Shown here: piece by piece, positions 10,129 through 20,110 of the stretch
How the letters are laid out: every line of letters begins with the position of its first letter
How positions within the stretch are numbered: the stretch's first letter is position 1
Virus record (IMG/VR): IMGVR_UViG_3300032087_002150
Location: 1 to 64,000 of that record
From: a virus
DNA: 64,000 nucleotides
Reading direction: 5' to 3' (one strand)
Notes under the pieces: generated by a model
What the model was told of the DNA's origin: nothing
The model's database searches: none
The model's input: only the letters and a program-made list of their open reading frames with translations
Made by a program: the position numbers and the translations under genes

Positions 10129-10712
10129 ACATTATGTTCCGCAGATGTACCAACCGCATAGTTCACTAACTGGAAGCAACTGGCAAACTTTAACTGATTG
10201 GGTTCAAACTCTTCCTCAGTTTGATTTAGTAATCTTTTTGCAGTTTGATACAAGAATCCGTCAACGTTCTCAGTGATTGGTTTGGCAACCGCCCAATCGC
10301 GAAGTATGCTTGCGCTGGTTCTGTTCACAAAGTAACCAGATCCTGGCGAGATACTTTCTACTCGTTTTCTCCAAGCATTATCATTGCGAGGAAAAGTTGA
10401 AAAGAATCCAATTTGTTCTTCAAACTTTGGTATCTTCTTATACGGATAAGTGTCGTGTTCTATGATGTAAGTCGGTTGCTTTACCTGCTTCCATAGATTA
10501 TAGTGACTGTACCAAATCGCTTTTTCTATTTCGGTAAACTTGTTACCATTAAACTTTCTGTCAGCAAATGGCAGATCGTTACCGAGAGTTGAAGGTGTTG
10601 TACCTTCCTTCTTTATAATAGTATAACCTAAATTGTGCCATTGGTCAAGGCACATGGAGGAATAGTATTCTGACTTAGGATCGCTTGATACAACGATCAT
10701 CCAGATGTTCAT
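10125..10712 (-). CDS. Glycosyltransferase family 25-like
   Basis: YSHYNLW, IIEHD, NVDG. Confidence 0.65.
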   Translation of the reverse strand: MNIWMIVVSSDPKSEYYSSMCLDQWHNLGYTIIKKEGTTPSTLGNDLPFADRKFNGNKFTEIEKAIWYSHYNLWKQVKQPTYIIEHDTYPYKKIPKFEEQIGFFSTFPRNDNAWRKRVESISPGSGYFVNRTSASILRDWAVAKPITENVDGFLYQTAKRLLNQTEEEFEPNQLKFASCFQLVNYAVGTSAEHNV

Positions 10713-12235
10713 GACGTGAAGACTTTGACGTTATACTTGTCTTCGAAACGCCATGCGTCATCTATATTGTTGACCATGGGTTTGCCGCGGATGTTAAGAG
10801 AGGTGTTTAATAGCATCGGAATGCCTGTCTTTTCGTAATAGCATTCCAAGATTTGACGGAAAACTGTTTTGGAGTTTTCAGGGACTAATTGTACTCTCCC
10901 CGACCCATCAACGTGAGTCACTGAAGAATAGTCGTGTTTTGCCTGAGCAGTATACTGCATCCATTCATTCATATGTCCGTCAAAGTATTCCTCGGCATGT
11001 TCTGCTAAGATTGCTGGTGCGAAGGGACGGAACTTCTGTCGCTGTTTTATTTCGTTGACAGTATCTTTGACGTCATACCGTACATCAGCGATAAGAGAAC
11101 GGTTCCCGTATGCGCGATACGAAAACTCAGCAGGACCATTTGCCACGCCAGCAACTTTATGTTCCATGATATACTTCACTACAACTTCTGGGTCAAGGTC
11201 GCCAGTAATATCATAACCCAAGAACGGATGCTCCCAGTTGATTCTGTCAGCACCAGTATCCTGCATATAATAATATGCGGCGGCACCCAAAGAGGCACCA
11301 CCGTCGCCAGGATTCAGGTCAATCCAAACATCATCGAATAACTCGCGGAAGCGATTGTTCGCCATGATATTTTGCGCGACACCTCCGCTATAGCACAACT
11401 TACTACCGTGCTTTCTAGCAGACTTCATGTAATCATAAATGACTTCTTCAGTCATTCTTTGTAGTGAGGCAGCTGCATCTTCTTTATTTTTAGTGGATGT
11501 ATACAAATGTTTGATCAACTTGTTCAAGAACAGTCTCTTCATTTTGTATTTCCACTGCCAATGAATGTTCTCGAGTCCATCCTGATCTTCCATGGTCCAT
11601 TCAGGAATACATTTGAACATTTCGTATGCCGACTCCCAAGCAGTAGGTTCGCCGTAACAGGATAAACCCATGACAACGTATTCGTCCTCGTTAGATTTCA
11701 ATCCTTGTATACTGTCTGTGAAGTTAGCATACAAATATCCGAGAGACTTAGGGAAGTTGGTTTCTTCAATCAAATTGAAGTTGTGATCGTAAGTAGCACT
11801 ACTGCGCATCTCGCCTACGCCATCAATGGTAACGATGACGCAATCTTCTTTGTCAAAATGCTTTGGTCTTGTAGCGAATGCCGCTGCTGCGTGTGCTATG
11901 TGATGATCGGTGTATCGTAGTTCTGGACGAGCAGATGGATGCCTGCCCCACCAATCTCGATTGAGATCCCAGCGATGGGGCATATCCCTTTTTGATTCGT
12001 CAGTAAAGTTATTGCGAAACTCGAGTCTGTACTTCCAGTTCTCGTTCATTACTGCTTCGCAGTTTTCGTATTGATTCCAATACTCACTAAGGAATTCTTG
12101 ACTAGGACATCCGTCGTGTTTCCTGCCAGAAAACCTTTCGTATAAAGTGGCAAACTTTATGTTACCTTTGTCATCGATGATGGTGATGCCTGAATCGTGC
12201 AGCATCTCACCACCAACTCCATAATAATGTTTCAT
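10709..12235 (-). CDS. Carbamoyltransferase (NodU/CmcH family)
   Basis: HDSG, HHIAHAA, DGVGE, VMGL, SGGVAQN, GNRSL, FRPFAP, HVDG, LNTSLN. Confidence 0.93.
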   Translation of the reverse strand: MKHYYGVGGEMLHDSGITIIDDKGNIKFATLYERFSGRKHDGCPSQEFLSEYWNQYENCEAVMNENWKYRLEFRNNFTDESKRDMPHRWDLNRDWWGRHPSARPELRYTDHHIAHAAAAFATRPKHFDKEDCVIVTIDGVGEMRSSATYDHNFNLIEETNFPKSLGYLYANFTDSIQGLKSNEDEYVVMGLSCYGEPTAWESAYEMFKCIPEWTMEDQDGLENIHWQWKYKMKRLFLNKLIKHLYTSTKNKEDAAASLQRMTEEVIYDYMKSARKHGSKLCYSGGVAQNIMANNRFRELFDDVWIDLNPGDGGASLGAAAYYYMQDTGADRINWEHPFLGYDITGDLDPEVVVKYIMEHKVAGVANGPAEFSYRAYGNRSLIADVRYDVKDTVNEIKQRQKFRPFAPAILAEHAEEYFDGHMNEWMQYTAQAKHDYSSVTHVDGSGRVQLVPENSKTVFRQILECYYEKTGIPMLLNTSLNIRGKPMVNNIDDAWRFEDKYNVKVFTS

Positions 12236-12250
12236 AGCAAAGTTTGCCTT

Positions 12251-12697
12251 TTAGACGTTTTCCATTCTTGTCATTAAACGTTCCGCTCTATTAGTAACCT
12301 GACGATACCAAAGACTATCTCTACCTTCGACTGCTGCCTTCTTCCAATCATGGTCAGCGATCGCGGCATTAAAGTTCTTAAACTTACTTAGTCGCGTCCT
12401 TCCCATGTTGAACATCATATTAACCAAGATCTGCTGGACCTCATCGGGTAGGTCTCCAAAGTTCCCTTTTCCGTATAGGTGCTCACACTCTCCGATGGCG
12501 AGATCGAGGTCGTGCTCGAAACACTCCTTAACTCTTTCTTCCGAGATTCGAGTACCAATTGGTTGTCCGTGCTCTGGGTCACTTTCGAGGACAAGGTGAC
12601 CAACTCCAAACGTGGCGTAACCGAGGTGATCGTTGTAGATTTCATATTCTACTCCTTCGTCGATCTTAAGTTGCTCGTATACTGCTTCTCTGTTCAT
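12251..12697 (-). CDS. T4-type lysozyme (endolysin, GH24)
   Basis: DEG...YNDHLGYATFGVGHL, NMMFNMG, SLWYRQVTNRA. Confidence 0.92.
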   Translation of the reverse strand: MNREAVYEQLKIDEGVEYEIYNDHLGYATFGVGHLVLESDPEHGQPIGTRISEERVKECFEHDLDLAIGECEHLYGKGNFGDLPDEVQQILVNMMFNMGRTRLSKFKNFNAAIADHDWKKAAVEGRDSLWYRQVTNRAERLMTRMENV

Positions 12698-13404
12698 TGA
12701 TTGCTCCTAGAAAGCATTTCTTTTGTCATTATGTAATCACGCACAAAATCAGAACGAATGATATCTTCCCAACCAAACTCAATTATTGAAAAATTCTTCA
12801 TTACTTCTATTATAGATAGGAACTCTTGTATACCATTCCTATCAGATTGTTTCGTAAAATCCGACTGATAAAAATCTCCCGCGAAGATTATGCGAGAGTC
12901 CAGTCCGACCCTTGTAATCACTGAGTCCAGTTCATGGAACGTCAGATTCTGCATCTCATCTACAATGATAATGCTGTTATCAAAAGTCGTACCTCTTATA
13001 TAGGAAGTTGAGTAGAACTCAATGATACGTTGCTCTACCAACTGTTGATAACTTCCACCGAAGTTGAATAGGTCGTCGCATATCCCAATGTAGGGTGCTA
13101 TGAACGGCGCAAGTTTTTCGTCAGCGGTTCCTGGGAGGAAACCCATGTCGCGAGTAGCAACTACTGAGCGAACGAGGACCACCTTTTCCCATGGAGTACT
13201 CTTATCTAGTACATCTTGCAATGCTAGATATAATGCAGTAAAAGTTTTTCCTGTTCCTGCGCTACCATTGAGTACGAGGTGATGTCCGTCTTTCCATTCA
13301 TCCCATGCTACTTGCTGATTATTGGTTAACGGATCGAAGGTGCAAAGATTATCTATACGGATTTTAAAGTTAGACTCTTGTCTATGTCTTTTTGTTTGTG
13401 TCAT
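12694..13404 (-). CDS. phoH: PhoH-like ATPase
   Basis: GSAGTGKT, GFLPG, RGTTF, IIVDEMQN. Confidence 0.95.
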   Translation of the reverse strand: MTQTKRHRQESNFKIRIDNLCTFDPLTNNQQVAWDEWKDGHHLVLNGSAGTGKTFTALYLALQDVLDKSTPWEKVVLVRSVVATRDMGFLPGTADEKLAPFIAPYIGICDDLFNFGGSYQQLVEQRIIEFYSTSYIRGTTFDNSIIIVDEMQNLTFHELDSVITRVGLDSRIIFAGDFYQSDFTKQSDRNGIQEFLSIIEVMKNFSIIEFGWEDIIRSDFVRDYIMTKEMLSRSNQ

Positions 13405-13652
13405 ACTTTGATGGTGTTGCCGCGACCTGAGTTCTTCTTAATGTTCTTTAATAAATCTTTATAACCATCAGGTGCTTTGGAGAGTGTACCACCAACCCCA
13501 GTGACTAGATTAGCAGAAGAATTTCTATGTATGAGTTGCCATTCTCCTGATTTAACATTTTCTTCCATTGTAGAGATAGAACAGAATACTTCTTTCTCTT
13601 CTCCATCCTTAGTTTTTACATCATATGTTGGCATAATATTCCCACTGGGCAA
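13401..13652 (-). CDS. Hypothetical protein (FmdB-like, upstream of phoH)
   Basis: MPTYDVK...DGYKDLLKNIKK pattern of T4-like phoH neighbours. Confidence 0.6.
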   Translation of the reverse strand: MPSGNIMPTYDVKTKDGEEKEVFCSISTMEENVKSGEWQLIHRNSSANLVTGVGGTLSKAPDGYKDLLKNIKKNSGRGNTIKV

Positions 13653-13709
13653 CGATAGCTCTTATTTTAATGAATTTATACAAAATGTCAAGCCATAAAA
13701 TAGACGATA

Positions 13710-13727
13710 CCCCCACCGAAGTGGGGG
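13710..13727 (-). terminator. GC hairpin with CUUCGG loop
   Basis: CCCCCACTTCGGTGGGGG; weak U-tract. Confidence 0.6.
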
Positions 13728-13749
13728 CACGAGATAGGATCACCTTCCT

Positions 13750-13923
13750 TTAATTAACCGTGAGGGAGTCTTGGAGTTCAGAGATATAATCGTTAAGATA
13801 ATCTCTTTTTCTTTCCACCTTGTGTGCTAGAGTAGTTTTACCTTTCTTATTCAGTTTATGAATGTAATGTTGTAACTCAGCGCTGTCCTTGCGTAATCGT
13901 TCCAATTGATTTGTAGTTACCAT
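13750..13923 (-). CDS. 57-aa helical hypothetical protein (not in track)
   Basis: AGGAG SD; MVTTNQLERLRKDSAELQHYIHKLNKKGK...TVN*. Confidence 0.7.
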   Translation of the reverse strand: MVTTNQLERLRKDSAELQHYIHKLNKKGKTTLAHKVERKRDYLNDYISELQDSLTVN

Positions 13924-14003
13924 AGGCGACTCCTAAAAAATGTTAAAGTTTAGCATACCATAACAACAATGTTCCTCACGGTTATCTCGTAATGATTATC
14001 CTC

Positions 14004-14453
14004 CTATGCAGGCAACAACTGAGGTGCCGCTTCCTTTACGACTTTCTCAGTTAGTCCTTTACAGTCAGTTCTCTTAGCGAGCATCATTACTAGAATCTCT
14101 GCGTCGCGGGGATGTACTGATTCCAGAACGCCAATAAACATTGTTTCCCTTTTAAGTTCATGAACGTTGGGACCACCCTTAACGAAATATTTTAGTTTCA
14201 TGTGCTGCTTGTGCCACGTGGAAGGAACGTGTTCTTCGTCAGCAAGGTCAAATGGGGGTCTACTTTCAGGGAGCAGAAAGTTAATGCGGGGGTCAAAGAC
14301 ACATCGCAGATAATCAGCAAATGCTTGGTACGTATCTACATACGACTTCACTAGATCAATCTTATCCTTTCTCGAAGAAGTTTTCGCAATGTTTTCTAGC
14401 ATTTCATATAGTTCAGGGCGAGACTTCTTACCCTGTTGTTGCTCAGTAATCAT
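14004..14453 (-). CDS. Conserved T4-like hypothetical protein
   Basis: KRETMFIGVLESVHPRDAEIL motif; ACTAAATA late-like promoter at 14475-14482. Confidence 0.7.
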   Translation of the reverse strand: MITEQQQGKKSRPELYEMLENIAKTSSRKDKIDLVKSYVDTYQAFADYLRCVFDPRINFLLPESRPPFDLADEEHVPSTWHKQHMKLKYFVKGGPNVHELKRETMFIGVLESVHPRDAEILVMMLAKRTDCKGLTEKVVKEAAPQLLPA

Positions 14454-14485
14454 ACATCACCTCTATCATAAAAATATTTAGTATT

Positions 14486-14896
14486 TCACTTATTGGCACT
14501 CAAGTGCTTTCTCGATATCCTACAATTAATTATACCATTGTAATAGTCGTCCCTTAGCAGCACTTCACGGTCAAACTGTTCTTTGGTTTCATAGTATGCA
14601 CAGTCTCCCTTCGTCTTGCACAGGTGAAGTATCTCACGGGTAAAGGCGTCTAACCCCTTCGACTCTATCAACTCTTGCACGCGCTCTGAGGAACCACAGT
14701 AGGTCTTCCAGTCGCTCTCCACTAGAGTTTTCTTACGTCGTTTGCGGGTTTTAGTTATGGGGAGGGTTTTGGTTCGGTAGAAGAACTTCTTACCGACATA
14801 CTTCATGTCTGTTTCTTTTTCAGTGATAACATAAACAAAGCCATAATAATCTTCAGGCAATGTGTCAAATATCTCACCGTTATATGTCCAAGACAT
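14486..14896 (-). CDS. GIY-YIG endonuclease
   Basis: GFVY...YVGKK, YCGSS, YYN. Confidence 0.8.
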   Translation of the reverse strand: MSWTYNGEIFDTLPEDYYGFVYVITEKETDMKYVGKKFFYRTKTLPITKTRKRRKKTLVESDWKTYCGSSERVQELIESKGLDAFTREILHLCKTKGDCAYYETKEQFDREVLLRDDYYNGIINCRISRKHLSANK

Positions 14897-15021
14897 TACT
14901 CTACTTCTATAGGGGAAGCGCACATTGGACAGAAGGCAGGTATCTCATCAACCTCTTGTACAATCACTTGACACTCAGTCTCGCAGAGGTCACAGGTTAT
15001 ATAAAATGTTTCATCATCCAT
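14896..15021 (-). CDS. 41-aa zinc-ribbon protein (not in track)
   Basis: CDLC...FCPMC; TAATG coupling on both sides. Confidence 0.7.
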   Translation of the reverse strand: MDDETFYITCDLCETECQVIVQEVDEIPAFCPMCASPIEVE

Positions 15022-15584
15022 TATGCTTGTCCCCCTGCTTCTGATAATAACGCTGGTCTGACCATACTTATAGAAACTCTAGAGTCAGAAAGCAGGTTCA
15101 CTCTATGCGTAATAAAGGAAGGCATCACCACCATATTTTTATTTGCTTCAACGATAATACTTTTGACTTTGCCTTCCACCAAATCAAACCATTCCCATTC
15201 TGTAGTCCCTTCTAAGTTAAAGGCATAGACGTTGTATCCGTCCATATGCCATTGTAAGGTGCCATGACTCCCGTCTGGGAGACTACAAAAAGCAGAAATG
15301 TTTTGACAACCAAGTTCTTTCATGATATCAGCGAAAACTTTAGGGCACCACCTACCATGATCTGCTTCAACCAAGTCATAATGCCTATGTACACATCTTG
15401 GTGGATTGACCCTTCTGTTTACGCTGGTCGACCAACCTTGGGGAGTTTTACTGCACATTATGAGAAAATCGTCAGCACTAGGAAACCTGTCAAGATAGTC
15501 TTTTGGAATATCTTGCGAGAATGGACTGTGATTTACGATTTCTCGTGTCAGTTTTTTCAAGCTGCGCCCCAAACCTCTTTCCAA
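15021..15584 (-). CDS. JmjC/cupin 2OG-Fe(II) oxygenase-like
   Basis: WHMD, LEGTTEW, THRV; start uncertain. Confidence 0.7.
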   Translation of the reverse strand: MERGLGRSLKKLTREIVNHSPFSQDIPKDYLDRFPSADDFLIMCSKTPQGWSTSVNRRVNPPRCVHRHYDLVEADHGRWCPKVFADIMKELGCQNISAFCSLPDGSHGTLQWHMDGYNVYAFNLEGTTEWEWFDLVEGKVKSIIVEANKNMVVMPSFITHRVNLLSDSRVSISMVRPALLSEAGGQA

Positions 15585-16534
15585 TCACCAGACAAGGCAC
15601 CGCGAGCGTAATCGGTAGCACGATTCTCAAAGAAGTTTGTATGAGTTGGCGCATTGATCATTTCCTCCACCCAAGGGAGAGGGTTTCGCTTCGCTTTAAA
15701 AATACCTTTCATACCCAATGAAATAAGTCGTCGGTCACATATATAGCGAATGTATTTTTTAACATCTTCTGGTGTTAAATTGTCCATCGGACCCATAGCG
15801 AAAGCGAGGTCAATAAACTTGTCTTCAAGTTCCACCATCTTCTCAGCGATAGTATAGATTGAAGATTTGAGTTCATCGTTCCAAATCTCAAGATTTTCTT
15901 CAACGTAGGTGCGGAACAACTTAATCATAGACTCAGCGTGCATCGTTTCGTCGACGATTGACCAAGTTACGATCTGACCCATACCCTTCATCTTACCATG
16001 ACGTGGGAAGTTGAGTAGCATGATGAAAGATGAAAATAATTGCATACCTTCAGTAAACGCTGAGAAGGCAGCGATGTTAGTAGCAACCGACTGAGTAGTG
16101 CCGTTCCTAGAAGAGAGATCAAGGAAGTACTCGTGCTTCTCACGCATCGCCTCGTACTCCAGGAACTCGTTATATGTTGACTCGGGCATACCCAAGGTCT
16201 CGATGAGATGAGAGTATGCAGCGACGTGCAACGCCTCTCGTGCCGCGAAACCAGATAACATCATCCTTACTTCAGGTTGCTTGAAGTATGGTAGATAGTT
16301 ATTAACATATCCACCAGCAACGTCGATATCGCCCTGAGTAAAGAATCTAAAAATATTTGTGAGGAATGCTTTTTCCTCATGTGTGAGTTTACGCTGCCAA
16401 TCCTTGACGTCCTCTGCCATTGGCACTTCCGTGTGCAACCAATGTGATTGTTCGTGTTTTAACCATGACTCATATGCCCATGGATAATTGAATGGTTTGA
16501 AGTATTCTCGTTCGTTGGTCAAACTAGGACGCAT
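15557..16534 (-). CDS. nrdB: Ribonucleotide reductase class Ia beta subunit
   Basis: FFTQGD, EALHVAAY, FTEG, DETMH, NFFENRATDY. Confidence 0.97.
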   Translation of the reverse strand: MRPSLTNEREYFKPFNYPWAYESWLKHEQSHWLHTEVPMAEDVKDWQRKLTHEEKAFLTNIFRFFTQGDIDVAGGYVNNYLPYFKQPEVRMMLSGFAAREALHVAAYSHLIETLGMPESTYNEFLEYEAMREKHEYFLDLSSRNGTTQSVATNIAAFSAFTEGMQLFSSFIMLLNFPRHGKMKGMGQIVTWSIVDETMHAESMIKLFRTYVEENLEIWNDELKSSIYTIAEKMVELEDKFIDLAFAMGPMDNLTPEDVKKYIRYICDRRLISLGMKGIFKAKRNPLPWVEEMINAPTHTNFFENRATDYARGALSGDWKEVWGAA

Positions 16535-17107
16535 TTATTTTTCCTCGTGAGTAGGTACTCTTTCTCCGTTTTTAAACCAAGTAATCAACACAGTTCTGGA
16601 TCCCTCATACACTCTAGAAACACCGTGGTGCAGGTCAGGTCCATATATCATACTTTCGCCATCTTGTAATGGAACAACATCTGGAATGATTGGTCGCCCG
16701 TATGGGGGATCATTATGTTCTCGATCTGTTCGAGCACAATGCAAATCTGGCGGTCTACTTCTAGTTTCATAGATCGCTTGTACTACAGCATCGCCGCCAA
16801 TTAAGTCAGTTGAGTCTAATAATGTAACAATAGTTAAGTCAGACTGATTGTCTTGATGTACTCTACAAAAAGAACCAGGAACATACTTAAGAAGGTATGA
16901 TCCTATGTTGTGACTTTTCCTAGAGTATGTATGTAGTTCTTTTATGAATCCCAGATTTTGAAATTCTTCGAATGGCAAATCATATCGAAAACAATCGAAA
17001 AGATTGTAATACTGGTAAACTCCGTACCAATCAACAGTCGAGGCATACTCTCGCGCCTCTTTCAATGCTTTTTCAGAAAGAACTATATCCTTTATGTATC
17101 CTTCCAT
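16535..17107 (-). CDS. 2OG-Fe(II) oxygenase
   Basis: HQD...GG...HHGV...RTVLITW. Confidence 0.8.
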   Translation of the reverse strand: MEGYIKDIVLSEKALKEAREYASTVDWYGVYQYYNLFDCFRYDLPFEEFQNLGFIKELHTYSRKSHNIGSYLLKYVPGSFCRVHQDNQSDLTIVTLLDSTDLIGGDAVVQAIYETRSRPPDLHCARTDREHNDPPYGRPIIPDVVPLQDGESMIYGPDLHHGVSRVYEGSRTVLITWFKNGERVPTHEEK

Positions 17108-18910
17108 TTACCCCTCGCATGCAATACATTCATCATCATTAACCATTGCGCTCATATCTATTTCTTTAATAACTTCGCGCTCAATCCGCTTTGATACTCT
17201 GTCTGCCTTACCGAGTTTCTCAGACCGACAGTAGTACAAAGTCTTCATGCCTTTCTTCCATGCTAAAAAGTGTACTGCGTGCAAGTATACAATATTTGTA
17301 TCAGGACGGAAAAATAAATTAATTGATTGAGATTGATCAATGAAGTTTTGTCGATCAGCAGCGTGCTCAACAACCCAACGTTGATCAATCTCCATTGACG
17401 TTTTGAAAACGTCACGCTCATCTTCAGTCAAAAACCTTAGATGTTGCGCAGAACCATCGTTAGCAATAATGCTAGACCAGATTTCATCATAGTCCTGCTT
17501 TGTCTCACCCGACTCAATCTTAGATTTAATCAGTTGATCTAAATAGCGGTTCTTGTTAAGATACGCTCCAGAAAGGGTATCCTGTCTGTAAGCATTTGCT
17601 CGATATGGTTCAACACTTGGAGAAGTATTGCCCATGATGATGCTACTGCTAGCATTAGGAGCAATAGCCATGACGTGAGAAAAGCGTCTGCCAGTGCCTG
17701 CGGCGTCAGGTGCTTCTCCCCGTTCTTTACCCAGTTCCATATTTGCTTCATCGAGTTTCCTCCTTATCAAAGAAAAGATTCGATTATTTGTTACCTTCGC
17801 CATTGCGCAGTCGAAAGGCAACATTTTCTTTTGAAGATAAGCATGGAACCCAAGGGCACCGATGCCGATACTTCGTTCCCTCATAGCAGAAAACTTAGCA
17901 CGGGACACCGTGTCGGGTGCTTTATCAATAAAGAACTGAAGAACATTATCCAGCATCTCTGCCATGTCCCTCAGAAACATATCGTTCTTGCTCCAAGCAT
18001 CATAGTGCTCAAGGTTTACTGACGATAAGCAGCAAACAGCAGTGCGTTCCTCGTTAGTCGGCAAAATGATTTCGGAACAAAGGTTGGACTGATGAATCTT
18101 TAGTCCAAGGTCTTTTTGAAACTCTGGCATCAACCGATTACTGGTGTCGATAAAGTGAAGGTATGGTTCACCAGTTTCCATACGCAACTCTAGAATCTTT
18201 TGCCAAAGTGCCTTAGCAGATACTGTGTCGCGGATCTCGCCTGAGTGTGGATCTATTAAGTTCCAACCATCGTCAGCGTCAGCATCTTGCATACAACGTT
18301 CGATAAGTTCCATAAACCTATCGCTGATATTGATGCCGTGGTGTAAGTTTAAACAACGACGATTCTGATCGCCTGTTGGTTTTCGCATCTCAAGGAACTC
18401 AGTAATGTCTGGGTGAGAGATGTCAAGATATGCCGCATAGGAACCACGGCGAGTTTTGCCCTGACGATACGCCAAGGAAGATGCGTCATAAGTTTTAAGG
18501 TGCGGAATAACACCAGTAGACTTTTCGTCCGAGGAACGGATACCGAAACCAATGCCGACACCGCCACCCATCATGGACAACCAGTTCGTTTCGGATAAGT
18601 TTTCTACAAGACCTTCAGCGGTATCTTCAATGTAGTTCAGAAAGCATGAGATTGGCATACCCTTTCCCGTGCGTCCATACGCGAGGATAGGAGTAGAGTA
18701 GGATAACCAGTGCTTAGATGCGTAGTCATAAAGACGTTGAGCATGTTCTGGGTCTGAGGCGAAGGTAGTTGAAACGAAAGCAAAGCGATGTTGAGGGGAC
18801 TCTTCATCTTCCCTCATATAACTTTCGCGTAATCTTTGTAGACCTAGTTTATCGAAGAGTTCATCGCGGGAGAGATCGATCTCGATCCCACGGTATACTT
18901 GCTTTGCCAT
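17108..18910 (-). CDS. nrdA: Ribonucleotide reductase class Ia alpha subunit (no ATP cone)
   Basis: ISCF, SNLCSEI, APNASSS, KTLYY, C-terminal CIACEG. Confidence 0.97.
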   Translation of the reverse strand: MAKQVYRGIEIDLSRDELFDKLGLQRLRESYMREDEESPQHRFAFVSTTFASDPEHAQRLYDYASKHWLSYSTPILAYGRTGKGMPISCFLNYIEDTAEGLVENLSETNWLSMMGGGVGIGFGIRSSDEKSTGVIPHLKTYDASSLAYRQGKTRRGSYAAYLDISHPDITEFLEMRKPTGDQNRRCLNLHHGINISDRFMELIERCMQDADADDGWNLIDPHSGEIRDTVSAKALWQKILELRMETGEPYLHFIDTSNRLMPEFQKDLGLKIHQSNLCSEIILPTNEERTAVCCLSSVNLEHYDAWSKNDMFLRDMAEMLDNVLQFFIDKAPDTVSRAKFSAMRERSIGIGALGFHAYLQKKMLPFDCAMAKVTNNRIFSLIRRKLDEANMELGKERGEAPDAAGTGRRFSHVMAIAPNASSSIIMGNTSPSVEPYRANAYRQDTLSGAYLNKNRYLDQLIKSKIESGETKQDYDEIWSSIIANDGSAQHLRFLTEDERDVFKTSMEIDQRWVVEHAADRQNFIDQSQSINLFFRPDTNIVYLHAVHFLAWKKGMKTLYYCRSEKLGKADRVSKRIEREVIKEIDMSAMVNDDECIACEG

Positions 18911-18980
18911 TTCGCTTCCTTAACGAATTAATTTTGAGGGTAATGTTATATATTATATTCAGAACTGTAGACAAAGCAAG

Positions 18981-19142
18981 TTATTTTTGAATCTTACGCA
19001 TTCTCCCCATAACTTCAATGAAGCGTCTGGTAATCGGGTATCGCTTCTTTTTACGAGGTCCCATATTAGCGGTGTCTTGAGGGATGCCAGCGTCAGCAGT
19101 AGTCATTGCGTCCTCAGCGGCAAATTCCTTAAACTTTTTCAT
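18981..19142 (-). CDS. 53-aa putative internal head protein (not in track)
   Basis: MKKFKEFAAE resembles T4 capsid-targeting sequence MKTYQEFIAE. Confidence 0.65.
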   Translation of the reverse strand: MKKFKEFAAEDAMTTADAGIPQDTANMGPRKKKRYPITRRFIEVMGRMRKIQK

Positions 19143-19720
19143 TTCCTGAGTTCTCCCACAGCAACATACAGTTGCTTCGCCGTTCGTTCGTGCGTGACCT
19201 CAAAGATGTCTACGCCAAGTATGTTTCCTTCTGGGTAGGTGTTGTCAAAGACTCGTACCTTGTCGCCCTTCTTACAAACTTCTTCGCAGGTGGTATTAAG
19301 CATTTTATCATTGGCAAGGCGATACATTCCTGGTGACAACATACCATCTTTAGTACAGAACCATGAGGTATCTTCGTTAAGTCGCTCCAGAGGGTCTATA
19401 TCACACGCCTCAACAATCTTCTCAATGGAGGAGTCCGTTAGGTTTAGTTGTTCTTTTATCAGGAACAGTGCCGCTGCATAGGAAGCAAGTTTGCTACCGC
19501 CACCAGGAACCTTGGCGAGAAGTTTTTTGAGATTAAAAACCAAACGATGAAATGCATTGTAAGCACTTCTCTCTTCAGAAGTATCTGGTTTTTTGATTTT
19601 CTTACCGTCTTTGTCGATCAGACCAAGTTTAAACGCAGTGGTATCTTCAAACTTGGTTGTAAGCAGACGAAGGAATCGAAGGGTGTAGACGAGGTCGCCT
19701 GTTCTAGATAATAGTCCCAT
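19139..19720 (-). CDS. Conserved T4-like hypothetical protein
   Basis: AFKLGLIDKDG...AYNAFHRLVFNLKKLL; start MGLLSR. Confidence 0.7.
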   Translation of the reverse strand: MGLLSRTGDLVYTLRFLRLLTTKFEDTTAFKLGLIDKDGKKIKKPDTSEERSAYNAFHRLVFNLKKLLAKVPGGGSKLASYAAALFLIKEQLNLTDSSIEKIVEACDIDPLERLNEDTSWFCTKDGMLSPGMYRLANDKMLNTTCEEVCKKGDKVRVFDNTYPEGNILGVDIFEVTHERTAKQLYVAVGELRK

Positions 19721-20082
19721 TAGATGTTTTCCAATTTTTGGACCACCCATGGGTCCGATTCTATTCCTTCTAGATCCCCTTCTTTCAGAGCTTTCAAGTA
19801 TTGAAGGAAGGGTTTTAAAATAGGAAGATTGTTCCCCCCAACCTTAAACACTAACATCAATATAGCAGGTTCGTTACCGAATACATTTAGGAGGATGGTG
19901 ATATGATTCAAGATCAATCGTTCTTGAAGATCGCCTCCTCTAGTGTATCTGTTGAACAATCGCTTTAAATACTTAAAGCGGTTCAACTCCTGATAAAACT
20001 CATCTGCGTCTAAGCAGCGAGGACTGTAATAGTTCTTCGCTGCATAGAGGAAAAAGTTTTCTTCGTTTATCTCAACATTCAT
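19720..20082 (-). CDS. Conserved T4-like hypothetical protein
   Basis: RFKYLKRLF...ERLILNHI..L.NVFG motif. Confidence 0.7.
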   Translation of the reverse strand: MNVEINEENFFLYAAKNYYSPRCLDADEFYQELNRFKYLKRLFNRYTRGGDLQERLILNHITILLNVFGNEPAILMLVFKVGGNNLPILKPFLQYLKALKEGDLEGIESDPWVVQKLENI

Positions 20083-20110
20083 ACAGATTATATAGTTGAG
20101 ATATTATGAA

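Noticed and set aside
14486-14896. GIY-YIG gene as a mobile homing endonuclease
   Set aside because: Single short catalytic domain with no DNA-binding extension, and no interrupted host gene
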